From: an uncultured Staphylococcaceae bacterium
GTDB lineage: Bacteria; Bacillota_I; Bacilli_A; RFN20; CAG-826
NCBI GenBank assembly: GCA_964606005.1
Contig: CAZSEU010000004.1
Span: 1-51,377, forward strand
Length of the DNA stretch: 51,377 nt
Reading direction: 5' to 3'
Positions 9,014 through 17,857 of the stretch are shown here, piece by piece (positions within the stretch are counted from its first letter, which is position 1; every line of letters begins with the position of its first letter). The translations under genes and the position numbers were made by a program. The notes beneath the pieces were generated by a model. That model saw only the letters and a list, made by a program, of their open reading frames with translations. It made no database searches and was not told the origin of the DNA.

Positions 9014-9127
9014 CTCACATTTGCACCATTATATTAGATTATAGATGGTTCTTAAACCATAAAATCACAATTAATGGCATTGAGTTGATGCGTGTAAACA
9101 CAAAAATCTTTTATAATGAGTTAGGCT

Positions 9128-9841
9128 ATGAATATGAACATATCTGAATATATTATTTACGAAGATAAAAATATCATGATTATTAATAAGTCACGCGGTT
9201 TATTAAGCGAAAGAGATGGCGATGTTTCCCATCCATCTTTAGATCAAGAAGTTGAAAAATATTTAAGCAATAAACAACCAGCGATGCCGGTTAATCGTCT
9301 CGATAAAGACACTTCTGGTTTAATAATTTTTGCAAAAACCAATATTGCTACGACTGAAATGAGCAAAATTTTAAATGAGCATAAAAATGTGGAAAAGCAC
9401 TATTTAACCTTGGTGGTGGGAAATATTTGTGAATCAGGAGTAGTAGAGGCTCCTTTAAGAAAAAGTATTGAGCGCAAAAAAATGATTGTCGCACCTATAA
9501 AAAGCGGAGCGAAAACAGCAATTACTAAATATCAAGTCATAGAAAACTATCAAAACTACACACTTCTAGATGTGGAATTATTGACCGGAAGAACACACCA
9601 AATTAGAGCACACATGTCTTATATTCGCCATCACGTTGTGGGCGACAGTAAGTACGGAGACTATAAAATAAATAACGAATTTAAAAAGAATTTTGGTTTT
9701 GAAAATCAGTTTTTACATTCTTATAAACTCATTTTTAAAGAGATTAAAGGTGTGTTTTCATACCTCAATAATCGTGAATTTTACGTGCCATTACCTCTTG
9801 AAATGCAAGACATTTTAAGAAAACTAAATAATCTTATTTAG
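9128..9841 (+). CDS. RluA-family pseudouridine synthase (no S4 domain)
   Basis: 237 aa with the catalytic-Asp motif NRLDKDTSGLIIF and GRTHQIRAH. Confidence 0.8.
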   Translation: MNMNISEYIIYEDKNIMIINKSRGLLSERDGDVSHPSLDQEVEKYLSNKQPAMPVNRLDKDTSGLIIFAKTNIATTEMSKILNEHKNVEKHYLTLVVGNICESGVVEAPLRKSIERKKMIVAPIKSGAKTAITKYQVIENYQNYTLLDVELLTGRTHQIRAHMSYIRHHVVGDSKYGDYKINNEFKKNFGFENQFLHSYKLIFKEIKGVFSYLNNREFYVPLPLEMQDILRKLNNLI

Positions 9842-9862
9842 AAATAAAGATGCTCACAAAAA

Positions 9863-9889
9863 ATAGCACTCCTATTGACACACTGCTAA
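9863..9889 (+). promoter_or_regulatory. CIRCE-like inverted repeat 1 (degenerate), overlapping the -35 box
   Basis: ATAGCACTC-N9-CACTGCTAA compared with the consensus TTAGCACTC-N9-GAGTGCTAA (15/18 positions match). TTGACA lies inside its 9-nt spacer. Confidence 0.45.
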
Positions 9890-9902
9890 TTTTGCTTATA
9901 AT
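9875..9902 (+). promoter_or_regulatory. Sigma-70 promoter of the hsp20-htpG operon
   Basis: TTGACA (9875-9880), a 16-nt spacer, then TATAAT (9897-9902). Confidence 0.6.
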
Positions 9903-9909
9903 GTAATTG

Positions 9910-9936
9910 TTAGCAGACGTTATCAACGAGTGCTAA
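9910..9936 (+). promoter_or_regulatory. CIRCE operator 2 (HrcA binding site) at or just after the predicted transcription start
   Basis: TTAGCAGAC-N9-GAGTGCTAA. The right arm is perfect, the left arm matches 7/9 and the spacing is exact. It starts 8 nt after the -10 box and ends 25 nt before the ATG. Confidence 0.65.
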
Positions 9937-9960
9937 AATGTAATACAGGAGGTATATAAT

Positions 9961-10371
9961 ATGAGAAATTACATTACTACATTTGATCCATTTTTCGATA
10001 ATATCGACAAATTATTCCTTGAGGCAAGCAATTGCAAAGCCCCACACACCATGAAAACCGACATTAAAGAGCTTGACGACTCTTATGAATTAGAAATCGA
10101 ATTACCAAAAATTAAAAAAGAGGACGTCAAGATTACTCTTAAAGAAGGCTATTTAACTATTGGCGTCACTTATAATGAAGAAAAAGAAGATAATAAGAAA
10201 TACTTACATCGCGAAAGACGCTATGGTGAATTCTCTCGTTCCTATTATGTTGGCGATTATGTGAAACTCGAGGACATTAATGCCTCATTGAAAGATGGAG
10301 TTTTAACTGTCAATATCAAGAAAGTTGATGAAAAAGAAAAAGAAAAAGAATATCTTGTCACTATCGATTAG
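9961..10371 (+). CDS. Small heat-shock protein, Hsp20/alpha-crystallin family
   Basis: 136 aa with an alpha-crystallin domain (DIKELDDSYELEIELP ... GEFSRSY ... LKDGVLTVNI). SD AGGAGG precedes the ATG. Confidence 0.85.
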   Translation: MRNYITTFDPFFDNIDKLFLEASNCKAPHTMKTDIKELDDSYELEIELPKIKKEDVKITLKEGYLTIGVTYNEEKEDNKKYLHRERRYGEFSRSYYVGDYVKLEDINASLKDGVLTVNIKKVDEKEKEKEYLVTID

Positions 10372-10383
10372 TGAGGCATCATT

Positions 10384-12300
10384 ATGAAAGAAGTTAAACA
10401 ATTTCAAACCGAATCAAAAGAATTATTAAGTCTGATGATTAACTCCATTTATAGCAATAAGGAAATCTTCTTGCGAGAGTTAATTAGTAACGCGAGTGAC
10501 GCCATCGACAAGTACCGCTATAAAGCGCTAACCAGCGGTGGCGCCATTCCTTTAAATGACTTTGGGATTGAACTTAAAGCCGACAAAAAGAAACGCACAA
10601 TTACTATTGTTGATAATGGTATTGGCATGAGCAAGAATGACCTAATTGAAAACTTAGGAACGATTGCAAGAAGTGGCAGTAAAGATTTTGCTAGTCGCTT
10701 AAAAGAAGCCAAAGAGAAACAAGACTTAAACATTATTGGTCAATTTGGCGTCGGCTTTTATAGCGCTTTCATGGTTTCTTCAAAAGTCGAAGTATTAACA
10801 AAAACATTAGATGACGAAGCTTATTTATTTGCTTCTGATGGCCAAGATTCTTATTCCATTGAAAGTGCTAAAAAGAATGATGTTGGTACCGAAATTACCA
10901 TCTATTTAAAAAAATCTAGCAAAGAAGAAGATTACGATGGTTTCTTAGAAGAATATCGCATCAAAAATTTGGTCAAAAAATATAGCGATTATATTCGTTA
11001 CCCAATCAAGATGTTGACCAAGAAAAAAGAACAAGAAAAAGACGCCGAAGGAAAGCCCATCGAAGGAAAATATATCGAAAGTGAGATTATGGAAACTTTA
11101 AACTCCATGATTCCACTTTGGAAAAAGAATAAAAACGAAGTGACAAGCGAAGAACTTGATGGTTTTTATAAAGATAAGTTCTACGATTATCAAGATCCTT
11201 TCACCTCTTTATTTGTGAGAGTGGATGGAAAAATTACTTATGACGCATTGCTTTTTATTCCAAGTCATACGCCACATAACTTATATAGTGATTCATATGA
11301 AAAGGGCTTACAGCTTTTTAGCAAAGGTATCTTTATCAAAGATAAATGCGCTGAGCTGGTACCAGACTACTTAAAGTTTGTGAAAGGCTTGGTCGATAGT
11401 GCAGACTTCTCGCTTAATATTTCGCGTGAAATGTTGCAACAATCGCCAATTTTACAGAAAATTAGTGAAAATGTTGAGAAGAAAATTCTCGATAAATTAA
11501 AAGATATTAAGAAAACTGATTTTGAAAAATACACTGGTTTTTGGAAAAACTTCGGGGAACATCTCAAGTACGGGCTATACGCCACGTATGGAAGTAAAAA
11601 GGATCTTTTGCAAGATTTATTAATCTTCCGTTCGATTAAAAACGACGATGCTTTCATTTCATTAAATGACTATAAAGAGAAAATGGCCAAAGGCCAAAAA
11701 TACATCTATTATGCTTCTGGCGAAAACTTAGATGCGATTAAGTTATTACCACAAATGGAAAAATTCAAAAAAGAAGGCATTGATGTCTTGATGCTTGATC
11801 AAAAAATCGATGAATTTGCTTTAATGATGCTCCATGACTACGACAAGGTTGAATTTAAGTCCATTAGTGACGAAACCGCGACCGAATTAAGTAAAGAAGA
11901 CAAAGAAAAAGTAGAACAAATTTCCACAGACAATAAGCGTTTGCTTGATACTTTGAAAGAGTCTTTGTCTGAAGAAGTGAGTGACGTTGTTATTTCTACA
12001 AAACTCGTCGATGCACCGGTTTGTTTCTCCACCAAAGATGGCTTATCGTTAGAAATGGAAAAAACTTTAAACGAACAGCCAGGTATGGAAGAAAATGTCA
12101 AAGCGCAGAAGGTTTTAGAACTAAACCCAGATCACCCATTATTTAAGGCGTTTGCCGCTATCCAAAATAGCGATGATTTAGTCAAAGCATATGCTTCAAT
12201 TCTCTACGAAGAAGCTATGCTGCTTGAAGGACGAGAAATTACGAATAAGCAACGTTTCGTCGAAAAAATTAATGAGCTTCTAGTAAAAGCGCTTAATTAA
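10384..12300 (+). CDS. htpG: Molecular chaperone HtpG (Hsp90)
   Basis: 638 aa with the GHKL ATPase motifs ELISNASDAIDK, DNGIGM and GQFGVGFYS. It starts 12 nt after hsp20. Confidence 0.93.
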   Translation: MKEVKQFQTESKELLSLMINSIYSNKEIFLRELISNASDAIDKYRYKALTSGGAIPLNDFGIELKADKKKRTITIVDNGIGMSKNDLIENLGTIARSGSKDFASRLKEAKEKQDLNIIGQFGVGFYSAFMVSSKVEVLTKTLDDEAYLFASDGQDSYSIESAKKNDVGTEITIYLKKSSKEEDYDGFLEEYRIKNLVKKYSDYIRYPIKMLTKKKEQEKDAEGKPIEGKYIESEIMETLNSMIPLWKKNKNEVTSEELDGFYKDKFYDYQDPFTSLFVRVDGKITYDALLFIPSHTPHNLYSDSYEKGLQLFSKGIFIKDKCAELVPDYLKFVKGLVDSADFSLNISREMLQQSPILQKISENVEKKILDKLKDIKKTDFEKYTGFWKNFGEHLKYGLYATYGSKKDLLQDLLIFRSIKNDDAFISLNDYKEKMAKGQKYIYYASGENLDAIKLLPQMEKFKKEGIDVLMLDQKIDEFALMMLHDYDKVEFKSISDETATELSKEDKEKVEQISTDNKRLLDTLKESLSEEVSDVVISTKLVDAPVCFSTKDGLSLEMEKTLNEQPGMEENVKAQKVLELNPDHPLFKAFAAIQNSDDLVKAYASILYEEAMLLEGREITNKQRFVEKINELLVKALN

Positions 12301-12318
12301 CCCCTAAAGTCCCCCATT

Positions 12319-12346
12319 GGCTTGTCGTTATCGGCAAGCCTTTTTT
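12319..12346 (+). terminator. Rho-independent terminator after htpG
   Basis: 9-bp stem GGCTTGTCG / CGGCAAGCC (one G-U pair), a 4-nt loop, then TTTTTT. Confidence 0.65.
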
Positions 12347-12500
12347 ATTGCCTCATCAACAATTTATGTTGTTTTTTTGTCAACTTATTCATTTTGGAAC
12401 ACTTTATAAGTGTGTTATTGTAAGATTAGTTTAGATTCTGCCTTAATTGTTTGAAATAATTTTTATTATGTAAAAACATAGTGCAACCAAGGAGATTTTT

Positions 12501-14954
12501 ATGCATAGAAAATATCAAGATTTAATTAATCAAATGACGCTAAAAGAAAAAGCGAGTCTTACCAGCGGTAAAGATTTTTGGCAGTCCAAAAACATCGACC
12601 GCTTATCTATCCCCAGTATATTTTTGGCCGATGGTCCTCACGGAGTGAGAAGACAAGCTGCTGCGGCCGATCACCTCGGCCTAAACGCCTCAATTCCTGC
12701 CACTTGTTACCCAACCGCCGTGACGATGGCCAATTCTTGGGATGAAGCACTTGGCGAAAAACTCGGTTATTTATTAGGACAAGAAGCCGTCGTGCAAAAG
12801 GTCAATGTTTTATTAGGACCTGGTCTTAACTTAAAAAGAAATCCACTTTGCGGTCGTAACTTTGAGTATTTTTCTGAAGATCCATATTTATCAGGCAAAA
12901 TGGCTGCAAGTTATGTAAGAGGCATTCAAGAAAATGGCATTTCCGCTTGTATTAAGCACTTTGCGTGTAATAACCAAGAAGAAAACCGCATGACTCTTGA
13001 CAGTATCGTTGACGAAAGAACTTATAGAGAACTATATCTCACCGGTTTTGAAATTGCTGTAAAAGAAGGGCAAGCCAAAAGTGTTATGTCTTCTTACAAC
13101 TTAGTTAATGGTGCTTACACCAACGAAAACAAACACCTTTTGGTCGATATTTTAAGAGAAGAATGGGGCTTTAAGGGAATGCTTGTTACTGACTGGGGTG
13201 GCAACAATGATTCTATTGAATCTTTAAAATGTTACAACCAATTAGAAATGCCTGGCACTCCAGATCGTCCTGAAGAAATCATGAAAGCAATCGAAAAAGG
13301 CGAACTAGATGAGGAAATATTAAATGATAATGTTGATACAATGCTTGACCTTATCTTTGATACCACCGAAAACGGCGTCAATAAAGCATTCGCCAAATTC
13401 GATGAAGACGAGCACCATTTATTTGCTCGTAAGTGTGCACAAGAAAGCGCAGTTTTACTCAAAAACAATGGTGTCTTACCATTAGTTAGCACTAAGAAAA
13501 CCGCTTTTATTGGTGATTTCTTATACAACCCTCGCTACCAAGGTGCAGGCAGCTCAATTGTTAATCCAACTAGACTCGATGCTACAATTGGGATTATCAA
13601 TAATTACAAAATCGACTTAGTTGGGTGCGCACGTGGCTTTAATAGATTTGGCAAAAAGAATAAAAAACTTTATAAAGAAGCCATGGCTCTTGCTAAAAAA
13701 GCGGAAGTTGTCGTCTTATATCTCGGCTTAGACGAAGTTACTGAAGCCGAAGGCTTAGATAGAATAGACTTGAAATTAAAAAACAACCAACTCGAACTAT
13801 TAAAAAGTATTAAGGCTTTAGATAAGCAAGTTGTTGTTGTTCTTTCGTGCGGTAGCGCGATTGAAATGCCTTTCGCGGACGATGTAGATGCGATCTTACA
13901 TGGCTATTTAAGCGGTCAAGCAGGAGCAGCGGCTATGCTTGACATCTTGGTGGGCGATGTTAATCCTTCTGGTAAGTTAACCGAAACTATTTCTGTTAAA
14001 TATGAAGACGTTGCTACTAGCGACAATTTCCCAAGCAAAACTAGAACCATCGAATATCGTGAAGCGTATGGTGTTGGCTATCGTTATTTTGAAAAAGCCA
14101 AAGTCCCAGTTTGTTTTCCGTTTGGGTTTGGTTTATCCTACACAACCTTTGCTTATAACAATTTGCTCATCACTGAAGAAGGCGTCACTTTTGATATTAC
14201 TAATACCGGAAAAATCGTCGGTAAAGAAGTCGCTCAACTTTATGTTGGCTTAAAAAAGAGCAAAGTCATTAGACCAGTCAAAGAGTTAAAAGGCTTCGTT
14301 AAAGTTGATCTAAAACCGAACGAAACCAAAGCCGTTACCATTCCTTTTGATGATAAAACGTTTAGATATTTCAATGTTCTAACTAATAAGTGGGAAGTAG
14401 AAAAAGGCGTTTACGATATTTATGTTGGCGCTTCTAGTGCAAATATACTATTGACTGGAAAACTTGACAAAGAAGGTGTGACAGCCAGCGCTCCATACGA
14501 TTTAAAACAATTGCCACATTATGTTGAAGGAAATTTAAGAAATATTCCTGCTGAACAATTTGAAATTTTATTAGGCCACAAAATTCCTGATGGATCCTTG
14601 CCATTTTATAAGAAAAATCGTTTAAAAGTGGATTACAATACTACAATTAAGGAATTAAGATACGCCCCAGGTTGGGTCGGTCGTTTACTTGGTAAAGCGT
14701 TACCATGGTTCACCAGAGTTTTGACTAAGCTTGGCAATCGTGAGTTGGCTAATACTTTAATTATGGGCGTTGTTCATCAACCAATGCGCGGCATTGCTCG
14801 CTTTAGTAGTGGCGGCACGAGAATGAGCCAATTGGATGGTTTGATCATGATATTTAATGGCCATCTGTTTAAAGGTTTAAATCACTTCCTAAAAGAAGGC
14901 AAGAAGTATAAGAAACTTGCCAAAGCTGAAAAGAAAGGCAAAGCAAAAGCTTAA
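12501..14954 (+). CDS. Glycoside hydrolase family 3 beta-glucosidase-like enzyme, cytoplasmic, with an extended C-terminal tail
   Basis: 817 aa with GH3 N-terminal blocks (ADGPHGVR, RNFEYFSEDPYL), the nucleophile context MLVTDWGG and an Fn3-like region. No signal peptide is visible. SD AAGGAG precedes the ATG. Confidence 0.85.
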   Translation: MHRKYQDLINQMTLKEKASLTSGKDFWQSKNIDRLSIPSIFLADGPHGVRRQAAAADHLGLNASIPATCYPTAVTMANSWDEALGEKLGYLLGQEAVVQKVNVLLGPGLNLKRNPLCGRNFEYFSEDPYLSGKMAASYVRGIQENGISACIKHFACNNQEENRMTLDSIVDERTYRELYLTGFEIAVKEGQAKSVMSSYNLVNGAYTNENKHLLVDILREEWGFKGMLVTDWGGNNDSIESLKCYNQLEMPGTPDRPEEIMKAIEKGELDEEILNDNVDTMLDLIFDTTENGVNKAFAKFDEDEHHLFARKCAQESAVLLKNNGVLPLVSTKKTAFIGDFLYNPRYQGAGSSIVNPTRLDATIGIINNYKIDLVGCARGFNRFGKKNKKLYKEAMALAKKAEVVVLYLGLDEVTEAEGLDRIDLKLKNNQLELLKSIKALDKQVVVVLSCGSAIEMPFADDVDAILHGYLSGQAGAAAMLDILVGDVNPSGKLTETISVKYEDVATSDNFPSKTRTIEYREAYGVGYRYFEKAKVPVCFPFGFGLSYTTFAYNNLLITEEGVTFDITNTGKIVGKEVAQLYVGLKKSKVIRPVKELKGFVKVDLKPNETKAVTIPFDDKTFRYFNVLTNKWEVEKGVYDIYVGASSANILLTGKLDKEGVTASAPYDLKQLPHYVEGNLRNIPAEQFEILLGHKIPDGSLPFYKKNRLKVDYNTTIKELRYAPGWVGRLLGKALPWFTRVLTKLGNRELANTLIMGVVHQPMRGIARFSSGGTRMSQLDGLIMIFNGHLFKGLNHFLKEGKKYKKLAKAEKKGKAKA

Positions 14955-14992
14955 TAATTTGCACAATAGAAATTAACCTAAATAACAAACAT

Positions 14993-15029
14993 AAAAAAAG
15001 TTCATCACACAAGGCGATGAACTTTTTGT
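14993..15029. terminator. Bidirectional terminator between the convergent GH3 gene and ppdK
   Basis: 12-bp stem AAAAAGTTCATC / GATGAACTTTTT with a 9-nt loop. An A-run on one side and a T-run on the other would serve both strands. Confidence 0.65.
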
Positions 15030-15043
15030 TTATCTAGAAATGT

Positions 15044-17680
15044 TTATTTTCTAGGGTTTTTAATGTTGGCTTGAGCGGCGGCTAATCTAGCAACTGGCAC
15101 ACGGAATGGTGAGCAGGATACGTAGTCTAAACCGACTTTGTGATAGAATTCGATGGATTTGGCATCGCCACCAGTTTCACCACAGACACCAATGTGGAGT
15201 TCTGGGCGAGCGGAGCGACCTAAGTCAACGGCTAATTTCACTAATTTGCCAACACCGTTTTGATCCAAGGTTTTGAATGGATCTTCTTCAAAGATTTTTG
15301 TCTTGTAATAAGCTGGCAAGAATACACCGGCATCATCACGAGAGAAACCAAAGGTCATTTGTGTTAAGTCATTAGTACCGAAAGAGAAGAATTCGGCGTG
15401 TTTTGCAATTTCATCAGCCAATAAAGCAGCACGTGGGATTTCGATCATTGTACCAACTTCATATTCCATTTCTAAGCCAGCATCTTTGATGAGCTTATCA
15501 GCGGTTTCAACGATGATGTTCTTAACAAATTTGAGCTCTTTTTCTTCTAAAATTAATGGCACCATGATTTCTGGTTTGACCTTAATACCAAGTTTTTTGG
15601 AAACATTGATGGCCGCTTGAACAATCGCGGTGGTTTGCATTTTGCAAATTTCAGGATATGTGACGGCTAAACGGCAACCACGATGGCCCATCATTGGGTT
15701 AGCTTCGTGAAGCTCTTCAATGCGGTCATGAATTGCATCGGCAGTAATGCCTAAAGCTACTGCTAATTCTTCAATCGCACCTTCTTCTTGTGGTAAGAAT
15801 TCGTGTAACGGTGGGTCCAATAAACGCACAGTCACGCTATAAGGAGCGGTAGTTTCATACAAAGCCTCGAAGTCGTCTTGTTGCATTGGAAGAATTTCTG
15901 CCAAGGCCTTTTCACGAGCTTCGGTTGTTTGTGCAAGAATCATTTTTCTCATAGAGAAGATTCTATCTTTTGCAAAGAACATGTGTTCAGTACGGCATAA
16001 GCCAATACCTTCGGCACCAAATTCTTTGGCTTGTTTGGCATCTCTTGGAGTGTCGGCGTTTGTTCTAACTTTTAAGGCTCTAAATTGGTCAACCCAACCC
16101 ATTAAACGACCGAAGTAACCGGATGTTAAGTCTGGTTCAACTGTCTTAATAGAACCTTCATAAATCTTTCCGGTGCTACCATCTAAAGAAATGACGTCAT
16201 TTTCACCATAGACTTTGCCACCAACAGTAAGGGTGCGTTCTTCTTCGTCAATAACGGCAGTGGAACAACCACAAACGCAACATTTGCCCATACCACGGGC
16301 AACGACAGCGGCATGAGAAGTCATACCACCACGAGTGGTAAGAATGCCTTGAGCGGCGACCATGCCAACGATATCTTCTGGGGAAGTTTCGGATCTGACT
16401 AAGATAACTTTTTCACCGGCTAAATGACGTTTTTCAGCTTCTTCAGCAGTAAACGCAAGTTTGCCTGTAGCAGCGCCTGGGCCAGCTGGTAAACCAACGG
16501 CAAGAGGTTCGAGTTTGGCTAATGCGTCTTTATCAAATTCTGGTAAGAGTAATTTATCGAAGCTGAATGGATCGATGCGGGAAACAGCTTCTTTTTCATT
16601 GATTAAGCCTTCATCGACTAAATCACATGCAATTTTTAATGCGGCTGCTGGAGTTCTTTTACCATTACGAGTTTGTAAGAAATATAATTTTTCGTCTTCA
16701 ACGGTGAATTCCATATCTTGCATATCGCGATAGTGTTCTTCCATTAAATGGATGGTTTTGACGAATTGTTCGTAGACCTTTGGCATACGAGTATTTAATT
16801 CTTCGATATGTAGTGGAGTACGGATACCTGCGACTACGTCTTCTCCTTGAGCGTTTGGCAAATACTCAGCTGAAATGGCTCTATCACCTGTACCTGGGTC
16901 ACGTGAGAATGCAACACCTGTACCTGAAGTTTCGCCTTTATTACCGAACACCATTGATTGGACGTTAACGGCGGTTCCCCATGAGTATGGGATGTTGTTC
17001 ATCATACGATAAACGTTAGCTCTTTCGTTGTCCCAGCTTCTGAATACTGCGGCAACAGCTTCTAATAATTGAACTTTTGGATCAGTTGGGAATTCTTCAC
17101 CAAAGACTTTTTTGTAGTAATCTTTGTAACGAGCGACTAAGTCTCTTAATTGATCGGTAGTCACTTCTGTATCTAACTTATAACCGTTGTCTTTTTTTAA
17201 TTTTTCAAGCATTTTGTCCATGGCATCTCTTGGATGACCCTTGGCGATGTTGGTGAACATTAAGATAAAACGACGATAGCTGTCTAAAGCGAAACGTTCA
17301 TTGCCAGTTTCGTTAGCTAGAGCATTAGCAGTGACATCATTTAAACCTAAGTTTAAGATTGTGTCCATCATACCAGGCATACTAACTCTAGCGCCAGAAC
17401 GGACTGAGACTAATAATGGATTTTTATCTCCACCAAAGTTTTTGCCAGTTTGTTTTTCAATTTTATTAATATTTGCAAAAATTTGGTTAATGAGAAAATC
17501 GGGGAGTTTTTTGCCACTTTCATAATAAAGTGCGCAAGCTTCTGTTGAGATTGTGAAACCTTCTGGAACAGGAACACCTATGTGGACCATTTCTGCTAAA
17601 CCAGCACCTTTTCCACCTAGTAATTCTTTACCTAGCCCATAAGCTTCATCGAAAGCATATACATATTTCTTTTCTGCCAT
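15044..17680 (-). CDS. ppdK: Pyruvate, phosphate dikinase
   Basis: PPDK blocks include the phospho-His loop GGMTSHAAVVARGMGK and the C-terminal PEP-utilising domain (CGE). The start is placed at Met14 of the ORF-track protein (MAEKKYVYAFDE) because AGGAGG lies 7 nt upstream. Confidence 0.93.
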   Translation of the reverse strand: MAEKKYVYAFDEAYGLGKELLGGKGAGLAEMVHIGVPVPEGFTISTEACALYYESGKKLPDFLINQIFANINKIEKQTGKNFGGDKNPLLVSVRSGARVSMPGMMDTILNLGLNDVTANALANETGNERFALDSYRRFILMFTNIAKGHPRDAMDKMLEKLKKDNGYKLDTEVTTDQLRDLVARYKDYYKKVFGEEFPTDPKVQLLEAVAAVFRSWDNERANVYRMMNNIPYSWGTAVNVQSMVFGNKGETSGTGVAFSRDPGTGDRAISAEYLPNAQGEDVVAGIRTPLHIEELNTRMPKVYEQFVKTIHLMEEHYRDMQDMEFTVEDEKLYFLQTRNGKRTPAAALKIACDLVDEGLINEKEAVSRIDPFSFDKLLLPEFDKDALAKLEPLAVGLPAGPGAATGKLAFTAEEAEKRHLAGEKVILVRSETSPEDIVGMVAAQGILTTRGGMTSHAAVVARGMGKCCVCGCSTAVIDEEERTLTVGGKVYGENDVISLDGSTGKIYEGSIKTVEPDLTSGYFGRLMGWVDQFRALKVRTNADTPRDAKQAKEFGAEGIGLCRTEHMFFAKDRIFSMRKMILAQTTEAREKALAEILPMQQDDFEALYETTAPYSVTVRLLDPPLHEFLPQEEGAIEELAVALGITADAIHDRIEELHEANPMMGHRGCRLAVTYPEICKMQTTAIVQAAINVSKKLGIKVKPEIMVPLILEEKELKFVKNIIVETADKLIKDAGLEMEYEVGTMIEIPRAALLADEIAKHAEFFSFGTNDLTQMTFGFSRDDAGVFLPAYYKTKIFEEDPFKTLDQNGVGKLVKLAVDLGRSARPELHIGVCGETGGDAKSIEFYHKVGLDYVSCSPFRVPVARLAAAQANIKNPRK

Positions 17681-17728
17681 AAAATACCTCCTTGCAGGCT
17701 TATTGTGAGACTTGCTCACAGCGTTTCA

Positions 17729-17756
17729 ATATTAGCACACATGCGCGAAAATACAA
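17729..17756 (-). promoter_or_regulatory. Putative ppdK promoter
   Basis: On the minus strand: TTGTAT, a 16-nt spacer, then an extended -10 TGcTAATAT. Confidence 0.35.
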
Positions 17757-17857
17757 ACAATAAGCCTTCTTTTTCTACTTTTTTTAAAAAAAGTGGCGCT
17801 TAAGCGTTTTTAGTATAAACTATAGACATACATTTTCAGTATGGTGGTGGTTATTTT

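Noticed and set aside
9045-9060. Short palindromes in intergenic regions: ATGGTT-N4-AACCAT upstream of thyA, ACACTT-TAT-AAGTGT at 12399-12413 upstream of GH3, CGCTTAAGCG at 17797-17806 upstream of the FGGY kinase, and GTGACA-N12-TGTCAC at 19603-19626 upstream of degV
   Set aside because: Inverted repeats with 5-6 bp arms are expected by chance at roughly this frequency in about 100-bp AT-rich spacers. None matches a consensus I know (not cre, not LexA, not CIRCE), and none recurs within the window.
12301-12500. The 200-bp spacer upstream of the GH3 gene, examined for a riboswitch, tRNA, small ORF or cre site
   Set aside because: There is no conserved riboswitch core and no tRNA-like T-arm (GGTTCGA-type). 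The only ORF is a 22-codon one without an SD. No TGWAANCGNTNWCA-like cre is present.
17681-17719. 13-codon N-terminal extension of ppdK in the ORF track (MSKSHNKPARRYF)
   Set aside because: The AGGAGG SD (17687-17691 on the plus strand) lies inside the extension. It is correctly spaced for the ATG at 17680, whose product (MAEKKYVYAF) matches typical PPDK N-termini.
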